A stretch of DNA of 32,000 nucleotides from Dickeya dadantii NCPPB 898 (GCF_000406145.1 NZ_CM001976.1:2921337-2953336); one strand, 5' to 3'. Numbered from the stretch's first letter, positions 21,887-31,224 are shown. Notes: a model not told the origin generated them from the letters alone. Translations and numbers: made by a program.

Positions 21887-24262
21887 TTAGCGGCCGGCAG
21901 GCAACTGATACTCGGTGCCGCACTCGCCGTTGATATAGAGCGCGCGCCGTTCGTCAGGCGGCAACTGTACAGCTAATGTGCGCCACGCCGGAACGAATGC
22001 CCCTTCCGGGCGGAAGGTGATATCAATACGCTGGGCGCTGCAACGCACTTCCCAACGCAGCCACAGCGCCTGCCCGTCGCGCCAGCGATGCGTTTCGCCG
22101 TCATCTTCAAACAATACCCCTTGCCGTACGCCATTACCGGTCAGAGGGAACAGCAGCAAGGTGCGCTGATCATCGGCCTCCGGGCAGGTAAAATCCGTAC
22201 GCGCCGACAACGGCAGCATCGCGCCGGCCCGCACCAGCAGCGGCAATCGTTCCAGCGGCGCATCAAGCGTCACGGTTTGTCCGCCGCTGAACCAGTCGCC
22301 GCGATAAAAGTCATACCAGCCGTCGCCATTATCCGGCAGATAAACCTCCCGCTGACGTTGCCCCGGCTCCACCACGCTCGCCACCAACAGATCCTTACCG
22401 AGCATGAAGTCGTCGGTTTCCTCGAAGGTACGCGGGTCATGCTCGTGGTCCAGAAAGGTCGGGCGCAGCATCGGCTCATCATCCGCGTGCGCCTGCCACA
22501 GCAAGGTATACAAATACGGCAACAGCCGATAACGCAGTTGGATGGCGTCACGGATGATCGGCGTCACCGTCGGGTACATCCAGGGTTCGTTGACCGTGGC
22601 GTCGTCATTCCACGAGTGAATGGTAAACCGCGGGTGCATCACCCCGTTCTGTACCCAGCGCGCGAACAGTTCGGCATCGGGTTTATTACCGGCGAAACCG
22701 CCGACATCATGACCCACGTTATACAGGCCGGACAGACTCATGCCGACCCCCATGCGGGTGTTGTAGCGCAGCGTCTGCCAACTGGTACGGTTGTCCCCGC
22801 TCCAGGTCTGCACGTAGCGTTGCATCCCGGCGCTGCCGGAGCGCGAAATCAGATAAGGCCGCAGTGCCGGTGCAAACCGCTGCTGCGCTTCCATTGAGGC
22901 ACGCATCATCAGCAACGGCATCAACGGGCGAATATGTTTGATGGCAACGGGTTGGCCAAAACCATGACAGCGGGCTTCGCCATCCCAGATCTCAAATTCG
23001 TTGTTATCGTTCCAGGTGGAGTCGATACCTTTTTCCAGCAGTTGCCGGGTCACGTTCTCCTGCCACCAGGCGACGGTATCCGGGTTAGTGAAATCCAGAT
23101 GCGAGCCTTCGTCGTCCCAGAAGCTGGAGCGTTCCGGGTTATCCGACTCCGAATCGCGCACAAACAGCCCTTTGGCCGCCACCTCCTGATAGCGGGGGTG
23201 ATCCTGTAACAGGCAGGGCTTGATATTGGCCGCCAGATGCATACCGGCGTCATGGAATGCCCGGCTCATCTGCTCCGGCTGCGGCACCTTGTCGTAGTTC
23301 CAGTTGAACACATAACGCTTGTTGCCTATCGAGGTATAGCCGGACGAGAGCTGGAACGAATCGCACGGAATCGCATGCTGGCGACACAGTTCGATGAAGG
23401 ACAACAGCTGTTGCTGAGCGTCCGGCGCATCGGTGTAATGCATGGTGGAGCCGCTGTAACCGAGACTCCATCTGGGGCCGAAACAGGTTTTGCCGGTGAG
23501 CCGGACAAACGCTTTGGTCACATCGATAATGGCGGGGCCGAGCAGAAAATAGTAATCCAGATCCCCGGCTTCGGCCTGATAGCGCCGGTAAGCCGGGTGG
23601 TAATTATCAATCTCGTTGCCCAGATCCAGCCAGGTGGAGCTGAGATTGTCGTAAAACACGCCGTAGCTGGCACCCGGTTGATTCACAATGGTGAACGGCA
23701 AGTGCTTGTAAAGCGGGTCGGTGTTTTGCGCGTTATAACCCATCGCATCCAGATTGCGGAATTCAAAGCGACGGCCGGCGCGGTTTAGGTCACCCGCTTT
23801 TTCGCCCAGCCCGTAGCAGCGCTCCTGCGGGGTACGACGCTGGTAGTGCGCCACGCCGTCGCCGTGCATATTGAGCAGATAGGCGCCGGTCGGCCGATCG
23901 GACGCCAGCGGTTGCCACTGCCCGTGCGCATCAAGGTATTCCCATGCCAGCCACAGCGGCTGGTGCACCGTCACCCGCAGTTGTCCGGTGCTGATCTGCA
24001 AGGCATCGCCTTGCCAGCACAACGTATAGCCCGGCAGCGCAAACCCCTCGCTGCTCTCCCGCTCCCTACCCTGCCACGGCACGTCCTGCTGCGGCGCGAT
24101 GCTCCAGGTGCGATTCAACCGCAGTTCGCCACGCTGTTTAATCAGCACCCGCATCAGCCCCGGCGCCAGCACGTACAACAAAAAGCGGTGTGCGCCGTCC
24201 ACCAGCAGTTCAACCCGATCCTCGGCCTGATGGTGCAATACCCAATGTTTCAATGTCTTCAT
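21887..24262 (-). CDS. Glycoside hydrolase family 31 alpha-glycosidase, cytoplasmic (no signal peptide); specificity unknown
   Basis: 791-aa ORF. The candidate nucleophile motif is GIDSTWNDNNEF (compare W-x-D-M-N-E) and the candidate acid/base motif is QTWSGDNRTSW, followed by HDVGGF. The length and the C-terminal beta-sandwich-like tail are typical of GH31. Only 28 bp separate it from the upstream MFS gene, so they probably form an operon. Confidence 0.88.
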   Translation of the reverse strand: MKTLKHWVLHHQAEDRVELLVDGAHRFLLYVLAPGLMRVLIKQRGELRLNRTWSIAPQQDVPWQGRERESSEGFALPGYTLCWQGDALQISTGQLRVTVHQPLWLAWEYLDAHGQWQPLASDRPTGAYLLNMHGDGVAHYQRRTPQERCYGLGEKAGDLNRAGRRFEFRNLDAMGYNAQNTDPLYKHLPFTIVNQPGASYGVFYDNLSSTWLDLGNEIDNYHPAYRRYQAEAGDLDYYFLLGPAIIDVTKAFVRLTGKTCFGPRWSLGYSGSTMHYTDAPDAQQQLLSFIELCRQHAIPCDSFQLSSGYTSIGNKRYVFNWNYDKVPQPEQMSRAFHDAGMHLAANIKPCLLQDHPRYQEVAAKGLFVRDSESDNPERSSFWDDEGSHLDFTNPDTVAWWQENVTRQLLEKGIDSTWNDNNEFEIWDGEARCHGFGQPVAIKHIRPLMPLLMMRASMEAQQRFAPALRPYLISRSGSAGMQRYVQTWSGDNRTSWQTLRYNTRMGVGMSLSGLYNVGHDVGGFAGNKPDAELFARWVQNGVMHPRFTIHSWNDDATVNEPWMYPTVTPIIRDAIQLRYRLLPYLYTLLWQAHADDEPMLRPTFLDHEHDPRTFEETDDFMLGKDLLVASVVEPGQRQREVYLPDNGDGWYDFYRGDWFSGGQTVTLDAPLERLPLLVRAGAMLPLSARTDFTCPEADDQRTLLLFPLTGNGVRQGVLFEDDGETHRWRDGQALWLRWEVRCSAQRIDITFRPEGAFVPAWRTLAVQLPPDERRALYINGECGTEYQLPAGR

Positions 24263-24290
24263 AGCATCACTCGTCTATCCGGAAGTTCTG

Positions 24291-25589
24291 TCAGTGAGCG
24301 CGCTGGCGGCGTTCCGCGATGAACGCAATCAGGAATAGCGCGCCGAATAAATCAAAAAAGCCCATAGCGACAAACAGCGGGTTGAAGCCAATCCTGTCGG
24401 CGGTGACGCCAATCAGCAGCGAAAACAGGAAGCTGGCGATCCACGCACTGGCACCGCGCATACCGTTGACCGTCGCCATCTGGCCTTTATCAAACGAATC
24501 CACCACCACGGCGCTCAACATGCAGGAAATGATTTGATGGCCGAATCCGCCGATAGAAATCAGGATGATGGCCAGATAAGGGTTTTGGGTCACGCTGACC
24601 AGCGCGAGCGACAGCATCAGAAACGCGCCGGTCACCGAACTGCCCACCACCGAGTTGATGCGTGAGCAGCCAAACAGCCGGGCGTAGAGCTTGGTCAGGT
24701 AACCGCTGGCGATACTGCCGAAGTCGGCGGCAAGAAACGGCAGCCAGGCGAACATGGCGATTTGTTTCAGATCCATGCCGCGCTCTTTAGCCAGATACAA
24801 CGGCACCCAGAAACTCAGCACCGCCCAGGCGGGTTCCGCCATAAACGCGGGAATGGCGATGCCGTAGAAACGGCGGTTTTTCATCACCGTTTTCATGGCG
24901 GTAAAAAACGGTTGTTTCACCGGCTCCGGCTCATTGTCCTGACGGATAAACGCCAGTTCTTCTTTGCTCAGGCGCGGGTGTTCTCCCGGATTATGGTAAA
25001 ACAGCCACCACAACACTACCCACAGCATCGCCAGCACCCCGGCAAACAGGAATGCGCCTTGCCAGCCGAAAGCGGAATGCGCGACCACGATAATGGGCGG
25101 CGCCAGCATCGCGCCGATGGAAAAGCCCACCCCGGCCCAACCGGCGGCGATGGGGCGTTCCTCGCGGGGAAACCACTCGCCGATGGTTTTGGCGTTGGCC
25201 GGCGTGGCCGCCGCTTCAGCCCCGCCCATCATGAACCGCAAAATAGCGAGCTGAACCCAGCTCCCGGCGCCGGCATGCAGCAGGCACATCAGCGCCCAAA
25301 TCACGGCGCAGATCATGAAACCCAGCTTTAATCCAATAACGTCGATCAGCCATCCGCACAATGGCTGAAATATCGTATAGGCCAACTGAAAGGCGCCGAC
25401 AATCCAGGAATATTGCTCGGTAGTAATATTCAGCACCGTTTTTAATTCGGGCGCCAGAATACCCAGCGAGTTGCGGGTAATGTAATTAACGGTGACGCCA
25501 AACAGAAATAACGCCAGTATCCACCAGCGCAATTGTTTGAACTTTCGTTTTTCATTAATGACGGGCGAGGAATTAACGTCGAGACTCAT
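24291..25589 (-). CDS. MFS transporter, anion:cation symporter (ACS) family, ExuT (hexuronate transporter)-like paralog
   Basis: 432-aa ORF with about 12 TM segments and an AAGGAG Shine-Dalgarno motif 6 nt upstream of the ATG. Colinear with E. coli ExuT as I recall it (LRW.I.AL...G....Y.TRN, GSW..LA..R...G.AEAA..PA..K...EWFP..ER, AEPAW..., IAMFAW.P.L.AD.G, IGGF.HQ..S, IGF.PLF......DL.GAL). Confidence 0.88.
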   Translation of the reverse strand: MSLDVNSSPVINEKRKFKQLRWWILALFLFGVTVNYITRNSLGILAPELKTVLNITTEQYSWIVGAFQLAYTIFQPLCGWLIDVIGLKLGFMICAVIWALMCLLHAGAGSWVQLAILRFMMGGAEAAATPANAKTIGEWFPREERPIAAGWAGVGFSIGAMLAPPIIVVAHSAFGWQGAFLFAGVLAMLWVVLWWLFYHNPGEHPRLSKEELAFIRQDNEPEPVKQPFFTAMKTVMKNRRFYGIAIPAFMAEPAWAVLSFWVPLYLAKERGMDLKQIAMFAWLPFLAADFGSIASGYLTKLYARLFGCSRINSVVGSSVTGAFLMLSLALVSVTQNPYLAIILISIGGFGHQIISCMLSAVVVDSFDKGQMATVNGMRGASAWIASFLFSLLIGVTADRIGFNPLFVAMGFFDLFGALFLIAFIAERRQRAH

Positions 25590-25892
25590 GGTGATCTCCT
25601 TACGACAGACAACGGTGAAACACCTGCCGGCGCAACACCATCCTGATGTTCTAATAATCGGATTTTTATAAGTATTTTTATGTCGTGACGGCGTATTTCT
25701 CGGCGTGACGACGCCTGAAGAACCACGACCGATTCAGCGTAGAAAAATTAAAAAGCCGGAGATACTCACTTTTTTGCAACTATTTTCATGATAGCGTCGA
25801 AACTGATTCTTTCTGGTCATTCATACGCCGGCAGCCGCCTTTTTTCTGGTGATGAAAATTTTTTCATGGTTCAAATTGAACGGGATCACAAA

Positions 25893-26966
25893 ATGAAAAA
25901 AAACCTCAAAATTCGTGAAATCGCCACGCAAACCGGCTTCTCCGTCAGCACCGTTTCCCGGGTACTGGCGGGCAAATCCAATACCAGCGATGCGGCCCGG
26001 ACGCGAATTCTGACCTCCGCCCGGCAATACGGTGTGATGGATCATCTGGCCACCGGCCGTTTGCTGCTAAACAGCCTGACGGTGTTCGCGCCGGAGCGCG
26101 CCTTTAATAGCCGGGCGGATATTTTCTACCATAAGGTACTGGAAGGTATTCTCGACTCGCTGGACTCGCACGATGTCCGCCTGCGCTACTGCGGGCTGGC
26201 GGAAAACGACAGCGATGCGGCGCTGTTTCTGGAAAAAATGTCGTTGCCGGAAACCGAAGGCGCCATTCTGATCGGCATTGATGACCCTTATATCCACGCG
26301 CTGGCGGCCGAATTGAACAAACCCTGCGTGCTGGTCAACTGTCTCGATCACAAAATGAAATTGTCCGGCGTGTCGCCGGCACACCAGCTTATCGGCGAAT
26401 TTGCCGCCAACTATTTGATCGACCAGGGGCACCGTCAGATCCTGACCCTGCTATGTCTGCGGCGCTACACCATGGAGTGGCGACTGGCGGGCATCCGCGA
26501 TGCCTATCAACAACACAATCTGCCTTTTATCGACGACATCCACCTGCTGACGCCCCGCGGCTTTGGCAGTGCGGAAACGGAGCAGGCCGTCACTGATTTT
26601 CTGGCCGCCTGCCCACGGGAACAATACCCTACCGCCATACTGGCGGGCGGCGACTTTATGGCGGTGGGCGCCGTCAATGCGCTGCATAAAGCGAAGCTGC
26701 GCGTACCGCAGGATATTTCGGTGATGAGCATGGATGGCGCTAATCTGGCGGCGGTGCACGATATTCCGCTGACATCCGTGCTGATCCCGCGTGAAGAGCT
26801 GGGACGGGAAGCGGTCAGGTTGTTACAGCTTCAGCTGATGCAGCCGGGACGGGGCGCCGGCAATATTCTGCTTAACGGCACGCTGGCGGTGAGAGATTCG
26901 GTCAAACGTATTCGGCCCAGCCAGCGCCACTCGCCGGTGCAGGATACCGATTTATATGATGCCTGA
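25893..26966 (+). CDS. LacI/GalR-family transcriptional regulator, divergent from the MFS-GH31 operon
   Basis: The track ORF starts at 25788. The ATG at 25893 gives MKKNLKIREIATQTGFSVSTVSRVLAGK, the canonical LacI-family HTH located at the extreme N-terminus. A periplasmic-binding-protein-like sugar-binding core follows. The alternative start at 25866 cannot be excluded. Confidence 0.88.
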   Translation: MKKNLKIREIATQTGFSVSTVSRVLAGKSNTSDAARTRILTSARQYGVMDHLATGRLLLNSLTVFAPERAFNSRADIFYHKVLEGILDSLDSHDVRLRYCGLAENDSDAALFLEKMSLPETEGAILIGIDDPYIHALAAELNKPCVLVNCLDHKMKLSGVSPAHQLIGEFAANYLIDQGHRQILTLLCLRRYTMEWRLAGIRDAYQQHNLPFIDDIHLLTPRGFGSAETEQAVTDFLAACPREQYPTAILAGGDFMAVGAVNALHKAKLRVPQDISVMSMDGANLAAVHDIPLTSVLIPREELGREAVRLLQLQLMQPGRGAGNILLNGTLAVRDSVKRIRPSQRHSPVQDTDLYDA

Positions 26967-26993
26967 GTCAGGCGGGCGGGTGTCAACAAGACA

Positions 26994-27031
26994 TCAGGCC
27001 CGCGGTCAGCAACATGACGACGCGGGCCTGA
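26994..27031. terminator. Stem-loop between the convergent LacI-family gene and ycfJ (possible bidirectional terminator)
   Basis: 11-bp perfect stem tcaggcccgcg / cgcgggcctga (26994-27004 and 27021-27031) with a 16-nt loop. There is no U-tract on either side. Confidence 0.4.
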
Positions 27032-27043
27032 CTGTCCACCGCA

Positions 27044-27583
27044 TTAGCTGGACTGATTGATAATCAGCTGGCCGTTGCGATCGAGCGGGATACGGGTGCC
27101 GGGATCGCGGTCCATCCGGACTTTTCCTTCCTGATCGCCGATTTTATAGGTGACATCATAACCCAGCACTTTCTGCGACTTGTCATACACCGTCTGGCAA
27201 CGCTGCTGCGTGGAGGTGGTGGTATCTCCGTCCTGCATTTTTCCCTGCACCTGATTGCCGGCGTAACCGCCGGCCAGCGCACCGGCTACCGTCGCCACAT
27301 CACGACCACGGCCGTTGCCGAACTGGTGCCCCAGCACCCCGCCGGCTACTGCACCCAGCAGCGACCCGGCAATGCGGTTTTCATCCTGAACCGGCTGACG
27401 GTGCGTCACGGTGACATTACGGCATTCCTGACGCGGCGTTTTCACGGTTTCTTTGATAGGTGTTGCAATCAGCACCTGTGCAAACTGCGGCCTGGACGCA
27501 AACACATCCAGACTGGCGACGGCTGCTACGCCCAGAGCTGCAGCCATACCAATACCTACACCCGCTAACATTGACTTGTTCAC
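27044..27583 (-). CDS. ycfJ: YcfJ, glycine-zipper (Rick_17kDa_Anti-like) single-TM membrane protein
   Basis: The GTG start (complement of 27581-27583) is preceded by AGGAGG at 6-nt spacing. It gives (M)NKSMLAGVGIGMAAALGVAAVASL..., 179 aa, colinear with E. coli YcfJ (PRQECRNVTVTHR.PVQDENRI.GS.LGAVAGGV.GHQFG, GYDVTYKIGDQ.GK.RMDRDPG). The track's longer start at 27613 lacks a Shine-Dalgarno motif. Confidence 0.9.
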   Translation of the reverse strand: MNKSMLAGVGIGMAAALGVAAVASLDVFASRPQFAQVLIATPIKETVKTPRQECRNVTVTHRQPVQDENRIAGSLLGAVAGGVLGHQFGNGRGRDVATVAGALAGGYAGNQVQGKMQDGDTTTSTQQRCQTVYDKSQKVLGYDVTYKIGDQEGKVRMDRDPGTRIPLDRNGQLIINQSS

Positions 27584-27892
27584 AGGAAACCTCCTGAATA
27601 AATAACCACGCATCTTCCATCTCGCCCTGTATTAAGCGCTCTTACGGCTCATGACGGGCTGATGGCTTACCCGAAAGCCCCACCTTCCGGGGCGCGGCGT
27701 GCGCGCTACGCCGCCTGACGTGATGAAGTCTGCCTAATCCACCTGGTACTCTCAATCGGATTTCTACCCCAAAAAGGTTGCACAGATAACAAAACTGTCA
27801 CATTTGGGAATTTTCTTACCTTTAGTTGCCGTTAGTACAATATTTTATTCTGTGATGTAAGCGATATAGCAGGGATATAGCGGGGAATAACA

Positions 27893-27918
27893 GGTTGCCC
27901 GCCGAATAGCGGGCAACC
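27893..27918 (-). terminator. Intrinsic terminator of ndh
   Basis: 10-bp stem ggttgcccgc / gcgggcaacc with a 6-nt loop, about 27 nt after the ndh stop. On the minus strand it is followed by CTGTTATTCC. Confidence 0.6.
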
Positions 27919-27945
27919 GAGGCGCCAGACCGGAACAATCCGGCC

Positions 27946-29253
27946 TTAATGCAGTTTGAGACGCGGGCGGATCACCCGGTTGATACTGCCGACCAGCATC
28001 ATCAGGCCGGTTTTGATGTAGCCATGCAGCGCAATCTGATGCATGCGATACAGCGAAATGTAAACGAAGCGGGCAATCCGTCCTTCCACCATCACCGAGC
28101 CACGCATCAGGTTGCCCATCAGGCTGCCGACGGTACTGAATTTGGACAATGACACCAGTGACCCGTGGTCTTTGTAGACGTAAGGCTTGAGCGGCTGATT
28201 ATTCATCAGCGCAAGGATGTTAGCGTAACAACGTGACGCCATTTGATGCGCGGCCTGCGCGCGTGGCGGCACAAAGCCGCCGCCCGGCTGTGGGCAGGAC
28301 GCACAGTCGCCGATGGCGAAAATGGCCGGATCGCGCGTGGTTTGCAGCGTCGGCTCCACCACCAGTTGGTTGATCCGATTGGTTTCCAGACCGGCAATGT
28401 CCTTCATTGCGTCGGCCGCCTTGATACCCGCAGCCCACACCATCAGGTCGGCGTCGATAAACTCGCCGTCCTTGGTGTTCAGGCCGTTTTGCTGAGCGCT
28501 GGTCACCATGGTTTTGGTCAGCACCCGGACACCGAGCTTGGTCAGTTCATGGTGCGCCGCACCAGAAATACGCGGCGGCAGCGCCGGCAGAATACGCTCG
28601 CCCGCCTCCACCAGCGTGACGTTGAGCGCCTGATTGCTGAGACTGTCAAAGCCGTAGCTGTGCAGCTGTTTCACCGCGTTGTGCAGTTCGGCGGACAATT
28701 CCACCCCGGTGGCGCCCCCTCCGACAATCGCGATATTGACCTTCTCTTTTTCCCCCTGAGAGGCAGAGAATTTGAGGAACAGGTTCAGCATTTCGTTATG
28801 GAAACGACGGGCTTGTTTCGGGTTGTCCAGGAAAATGCAGTGATCTTTAACGCCCGGCGTACCGAAGTCGTTAGACGTGCTGCCCAGCGCCACCACCAGA
28901 ATGTCGTACGGCAGTGAACGGGCCGCTACCAGCAGTTCCCCCTGCTCGCCGCGGATTTCGGCCAGTTGAACGGAGCGTTGTTCGCGGTCGATGTCGGTTA
29001 ACATGCCCAACTGGAAATTGAAGTGATGATTGCGGGCATGCGCCAGATAGCTCAGCGCATCCATGTCGTCATCCAGCGAGCCGGTCGCCACTTCATGCAA
29101 CAGTGGTTTCCACAGGTGGCTGTGGTTGCGATCCACCAGTGTTATTTCCGCCTTCTTCTTACGGCCCAGCTTACGCCCCAGACTGGTTGCCAGCTCCAGC
29201 CCTCCGGCGCCACCGCCGACAATCACGATTTTCTTGATTGGCAATGATGTCAA
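27946..29253 (-). CDS. ndh: Type II NADH:quinone oxidoreductase (NDH-2)
   Basis: 435-aa ORF, near-colinear with E. coli Ndh ([94 protein letters not shown]). The start codon is TTG (complement of 29251-29253), with an AGGGGG Shine-Dalgarno motif 5 nt upstream. There is no in-frame ATG nearby. Confidence 0.95.
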   Translation of the reverse strand: MTSLPIKKIVIVGGGAGGLELATSLGRKLGRKKKAEITLVDRNHSHLWKPLLHEVATGSLDDDMDALSYLAHARNHHFNFQLGMLTDIDREQRSVQLAEIRGEQGELLVAARSLPYDILVVALGSTSNDFGTPGVKDHCIFLDNPKQARRFHNEMLNLFLKFSASQGEKEKVNIAIVGGGATGVELSAELHNAVKQLHSYGFDSLSNQALNVTLVEAGERILPALPPRISGAAHHELTKLGVRVLTKTMVTSAQQNGLNTKDGEFIDADLMVWAAGIKAADAMKDIAGLETNRINQLVVEPTLQTTRDPAIFAIGDCASCPQPGGGFVPPRAQAAHQMASRCYANILALMNNQPLKPYVYKDHGSLVSLSKFSTVGSLMGNLMRGSVMVEGRIARFVYISLYRMHQIALHGYIKTGLMMLVGSINRVIRPRLKLH

Positions 29254-29375
29254 AATGACCCCCTGAAAATTTGTGAACCAATAGTTAATAAAGGGTAAAA
29301 AATAATATCCTTATATTACATATGGTTATGAGAATAGAAATTGGATATATGCGATGAGAATAGCATGTAAGGTCA

Positions 29376-29390
29376 TTTGGTCATACCAAA
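29376..29390. promoter_or_regulatory. PdhR/GntR-type palindrome TTTGGTcatACCAAA upstream of ndh
   Basis: Perfect inverted repeat TTTGGT-N3-ACCAAA. Its core TTGGTnnnACCAA equals the PdhR box core (ATTGGTnnnACCAAT). PdhR is a known regulator of ndh in E. coli. Confidence 0.5.
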
Positions 29391-29391
29391 A

Positions 29392-29405
29392 TTGATTTAT
29401 ATCAA
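29392..29405. promoter_or_regulatory. FNR-type box TTGATttatATCAA upstream of ndh
   Basis: Perfect match to the FNR consensus TTGAT-N4-ATCAA, centred about 145 bp upstream of the ndh start codon. FNR represses ndh in E. coli. Confidence 0.6.
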
Positions 29406-29540
29406 TTTATTTTAGTTACAGATCGTCAGTGCTGAGAATTAGACGTTGAAATCCAAGAAGTTAGTGTCGCTGGTCAGTAGAGGAGAAGCGGCTGTCTCTC
29501 CCACCAGGCGCGGGACGACAACCTCAAAACAGTATAGACC

Positions 29541-29610
29541 TTATAAATAATTCGAGTCGCAGGACAACACGCTGGCGTGTTGTCCTGCGACGTGGAGTAT
29601 GACGGGTTAT
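29541..29610 (+). repeat. Miniature (internally deleted) ERIC-family element forming a near-perfect hairpin
   Basis: TATAAATAATTCGAGTCGCAGGA....CCTGCGACGTGGAGTATGACGGGTTATA keeps both ERIC termini, in the same orientation as the copy at 17611-17812. The arms tcgcaggacaacacgc (29556-29571) and gcgtgttgtcctgcga (29574-29589) are perfectly complementary. It lies 11 nt beyond the ycfP stop. Confidence 0.7.
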
Positions 29611-29620
29611 AGAGGCAACA

Positions 29621-30163
29621 TCACCCCAGAGATTTGAAAGCCTTGATGCGTTGCAGATGTGAAGAAATATCGCGGAATTTATGACCTTCGCTCTCGTTCC
29701 AGATGATTTCGTAGTATTCCCCCAGCAAACAGGCGCTGCGCTGGTTATTCAGCATTTCATCGTGGCGTGACAGCACTACCATACAGCGATCGCGGTTTTT
29801 CTCGCGGAAATTCTCTACGCACTTGGTGGCGATATCGGCGTACTCTTCCGGGCGATCGATTTTGCCTTCCATATTTTCCTGCGGGAACAGGTTGGGATTG
29901 AACATCACCTGGCGGATATCACACAGGAAACCAATGCGTTCAGCCCAGAATCCACCCAGCCCGACGCCGCAAATCAGCGGGCGGCTATCCGCGTTCAATT
30001 GCAGCATCTTGTCCACTTCCCTGAGCAGATGCTGCATGTCATGACGCGGATGAAGGGTGCTATAGCTCACCAGCCGGACATCCGGGTCGATGAACTGCAG
30101 TTGCAGCACTTTCTCATGATTACCCGGACTGCTTGAATCAAAACCGTGCAAATAAATGATCAT
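29621..30163 (-). CDS. ycfP: YcfP (UPF0227), alpha/beta-hydrolase-fold putative esterase
   Basis: 180-aa ORF beginning [19 protein letters not shown]. It has a GxGxG nucleophile-elbow-like segment (GVGLGGFWA) and sits between ndh and nagZ, as in E. coli. Confidence 0.9.
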   Translation of the reverse strand: MIIYLHGFDSSSPGNHEKVLQLQFIDPDVRLVSYSTLHPRHDMQHLLREVDKMLQLNADSRPLICGVGLGGFWAERIGFLCDIRQVMFNPNLFPQENMEGKIDRPEEYADIATKCVENFREKNRDRCMVVLSRHDEMLNNQRSACLLGEYYEIIWNESEGHKFRDISSHLQRIKAFKSLG

Positions 30164-30198
30164 CGGTGCCTTCCCTCCAGCCTCATGTAGCGGGTGAT

Positions 30199-31224
30199 TT
30201 AACCGGCGGCTTTGTGTGCCTGCCAGCGCTCACTCAGTGCCGTCAACTGCGACGTCGCCTGTTTCCAGCGCGATGAATTCAGCAGTTCCCGACGTGTGAT
30301 CAATCCCCGATGATAGAGCGTCTCCAGCCCCGGAACTTTGACCGGAGACAGGTTATCCAACACGCTAATCGCGCCCTGCCGCTGATTACAGACCAGAATC
30401 ATGTCGCATCCGGCATCCAGCGCCGCCTGCGCGCGCTCGGCATAGCCGCCCATCACCGCCGCGCCTTCCATCGACAGGTCATCCGAGAAGATGATGCCGC
30501 CGAACCCCAGCTCCTGACGCAGCACCTGTTTGAGCCAGTAAGGCGACCCGCTGGCCGGACGGGGATCGGCATCGGTATAAATCACGTGTGCCGGCATCAC
30601 CGCATCCAACTGCTGACGGGCGATCAGTTCCCGAAAAACCCGCATATCCCGCTGCTGAATGTGTGCCAGCGGCCGCTCGTCCCGCGGCGTTTCTTTATGG
30701 GAATCCGCCGTTACCGCACCGTGTCCGGGGAAATGCTTGCCCGTTGCCTTCATGCCTGCGGCACGCATACCGGCAATAAAACGCTCCGCCACCGCCAGCA
30801 AGGTGTCCGGGTCGTCATGGAAAGAGCGATCGCCAATCGCCGCGCTCTGGTGCCCAACATCCAGCACCGGCGCGAAGCTGATATCGATATCCATAGCGAT
30901 CATCTCCGCCGCCATCACCCAGCCCGCGTCTTCCGCCAGCCGTTGCGCCTGCGGCAACGGGTTCAGCGCGGCAAACGACTGCGCGGCCGGCAGCGCGGTA
31001 AAACCGTCGCGAAACCGCTGCACGCGGCCGCCTTCCTGATCGACCGATACCACCAGCCGCTCGCGAGAAGCGCGACGCATCTGACGCACCAGTTCCGCCA
31101 GTTGGTCGGCGTCATGAAAGTTACGGCTAAACAGGATCACGCCGCCCACCAGCGGGTGCGCCAGCACTTCGCGATCTTCCGCGTCCAGCTCATAGCCGGC
31201 CACATCTAACATTAACGGCCCCAC
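30199..31224 (-). CDS. nagZ: Beta-N-acetylhexosaminidase NagZ (GH3, peptidoglycan recycling)
   Basis: The GTG start (complement of 31222-31224) with a GAAGAGG Shine-Dalgarno motif upstream gives (M)[30 protein letters not shown], 341 aa, matching the E. coli NagZ N-terminus and length. Has the motifs [23 protein letters not shown] and [11 protein letters not shown]. The track's extension to 31350 overlaps thiK and runs through a repeat-filled spacer. Confidence 0.93.
   Translation of the reverse strand: MGPLMLDVAGYELDAEDREVLAHPLVGGVILFSRNFHDADQLAELVRQMRRASRERLVVSVDQEGGRVQRFRDGFTALPAAQSFAALNPLPQAQRLAEDAGWVMAAEMIAMDIDISFAPVLDVGHQSAAIGDRSFHDDPDTLLAVAERFIAGMRAAGMKATGKHFPGHGAVTADSHKETPRDERPLAHIQQRDMRVFRELIARQQLDAVMPAHVIYTDADPRPASGSPYWLKQVLRQELGFGGIIFSDDLSMEGAAVMGGYAERAQAALDAGCDMILVCNQRQGAISVLDNLSPVKVPGLETLYHRGLITRRELLNSSRWKQATSQLTALSERWQAHKAAG

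Noticed and set aside
25848-25868. Inverted repeat ATGAAAA-TT-TTTTCAT just upstream of the LacI-family gene, considered as its operator.
   Set aside because: It is pure A/T and lacks the central CG and the TG..CA arms typical of LacI/GalR operators. I found no second copy in front of the MFS-GH31 operon, so there is too little evidence to call it.
27776-27805. CRP-like half-site (TGTGA on the ycfJ sense strand) upstream of ycfJ.
   Set aside because: Only one half-site matches. At the 6-nt spacing the partner position reads TGTTA rather than TCACA, so this is not a credible CRP palindrome.
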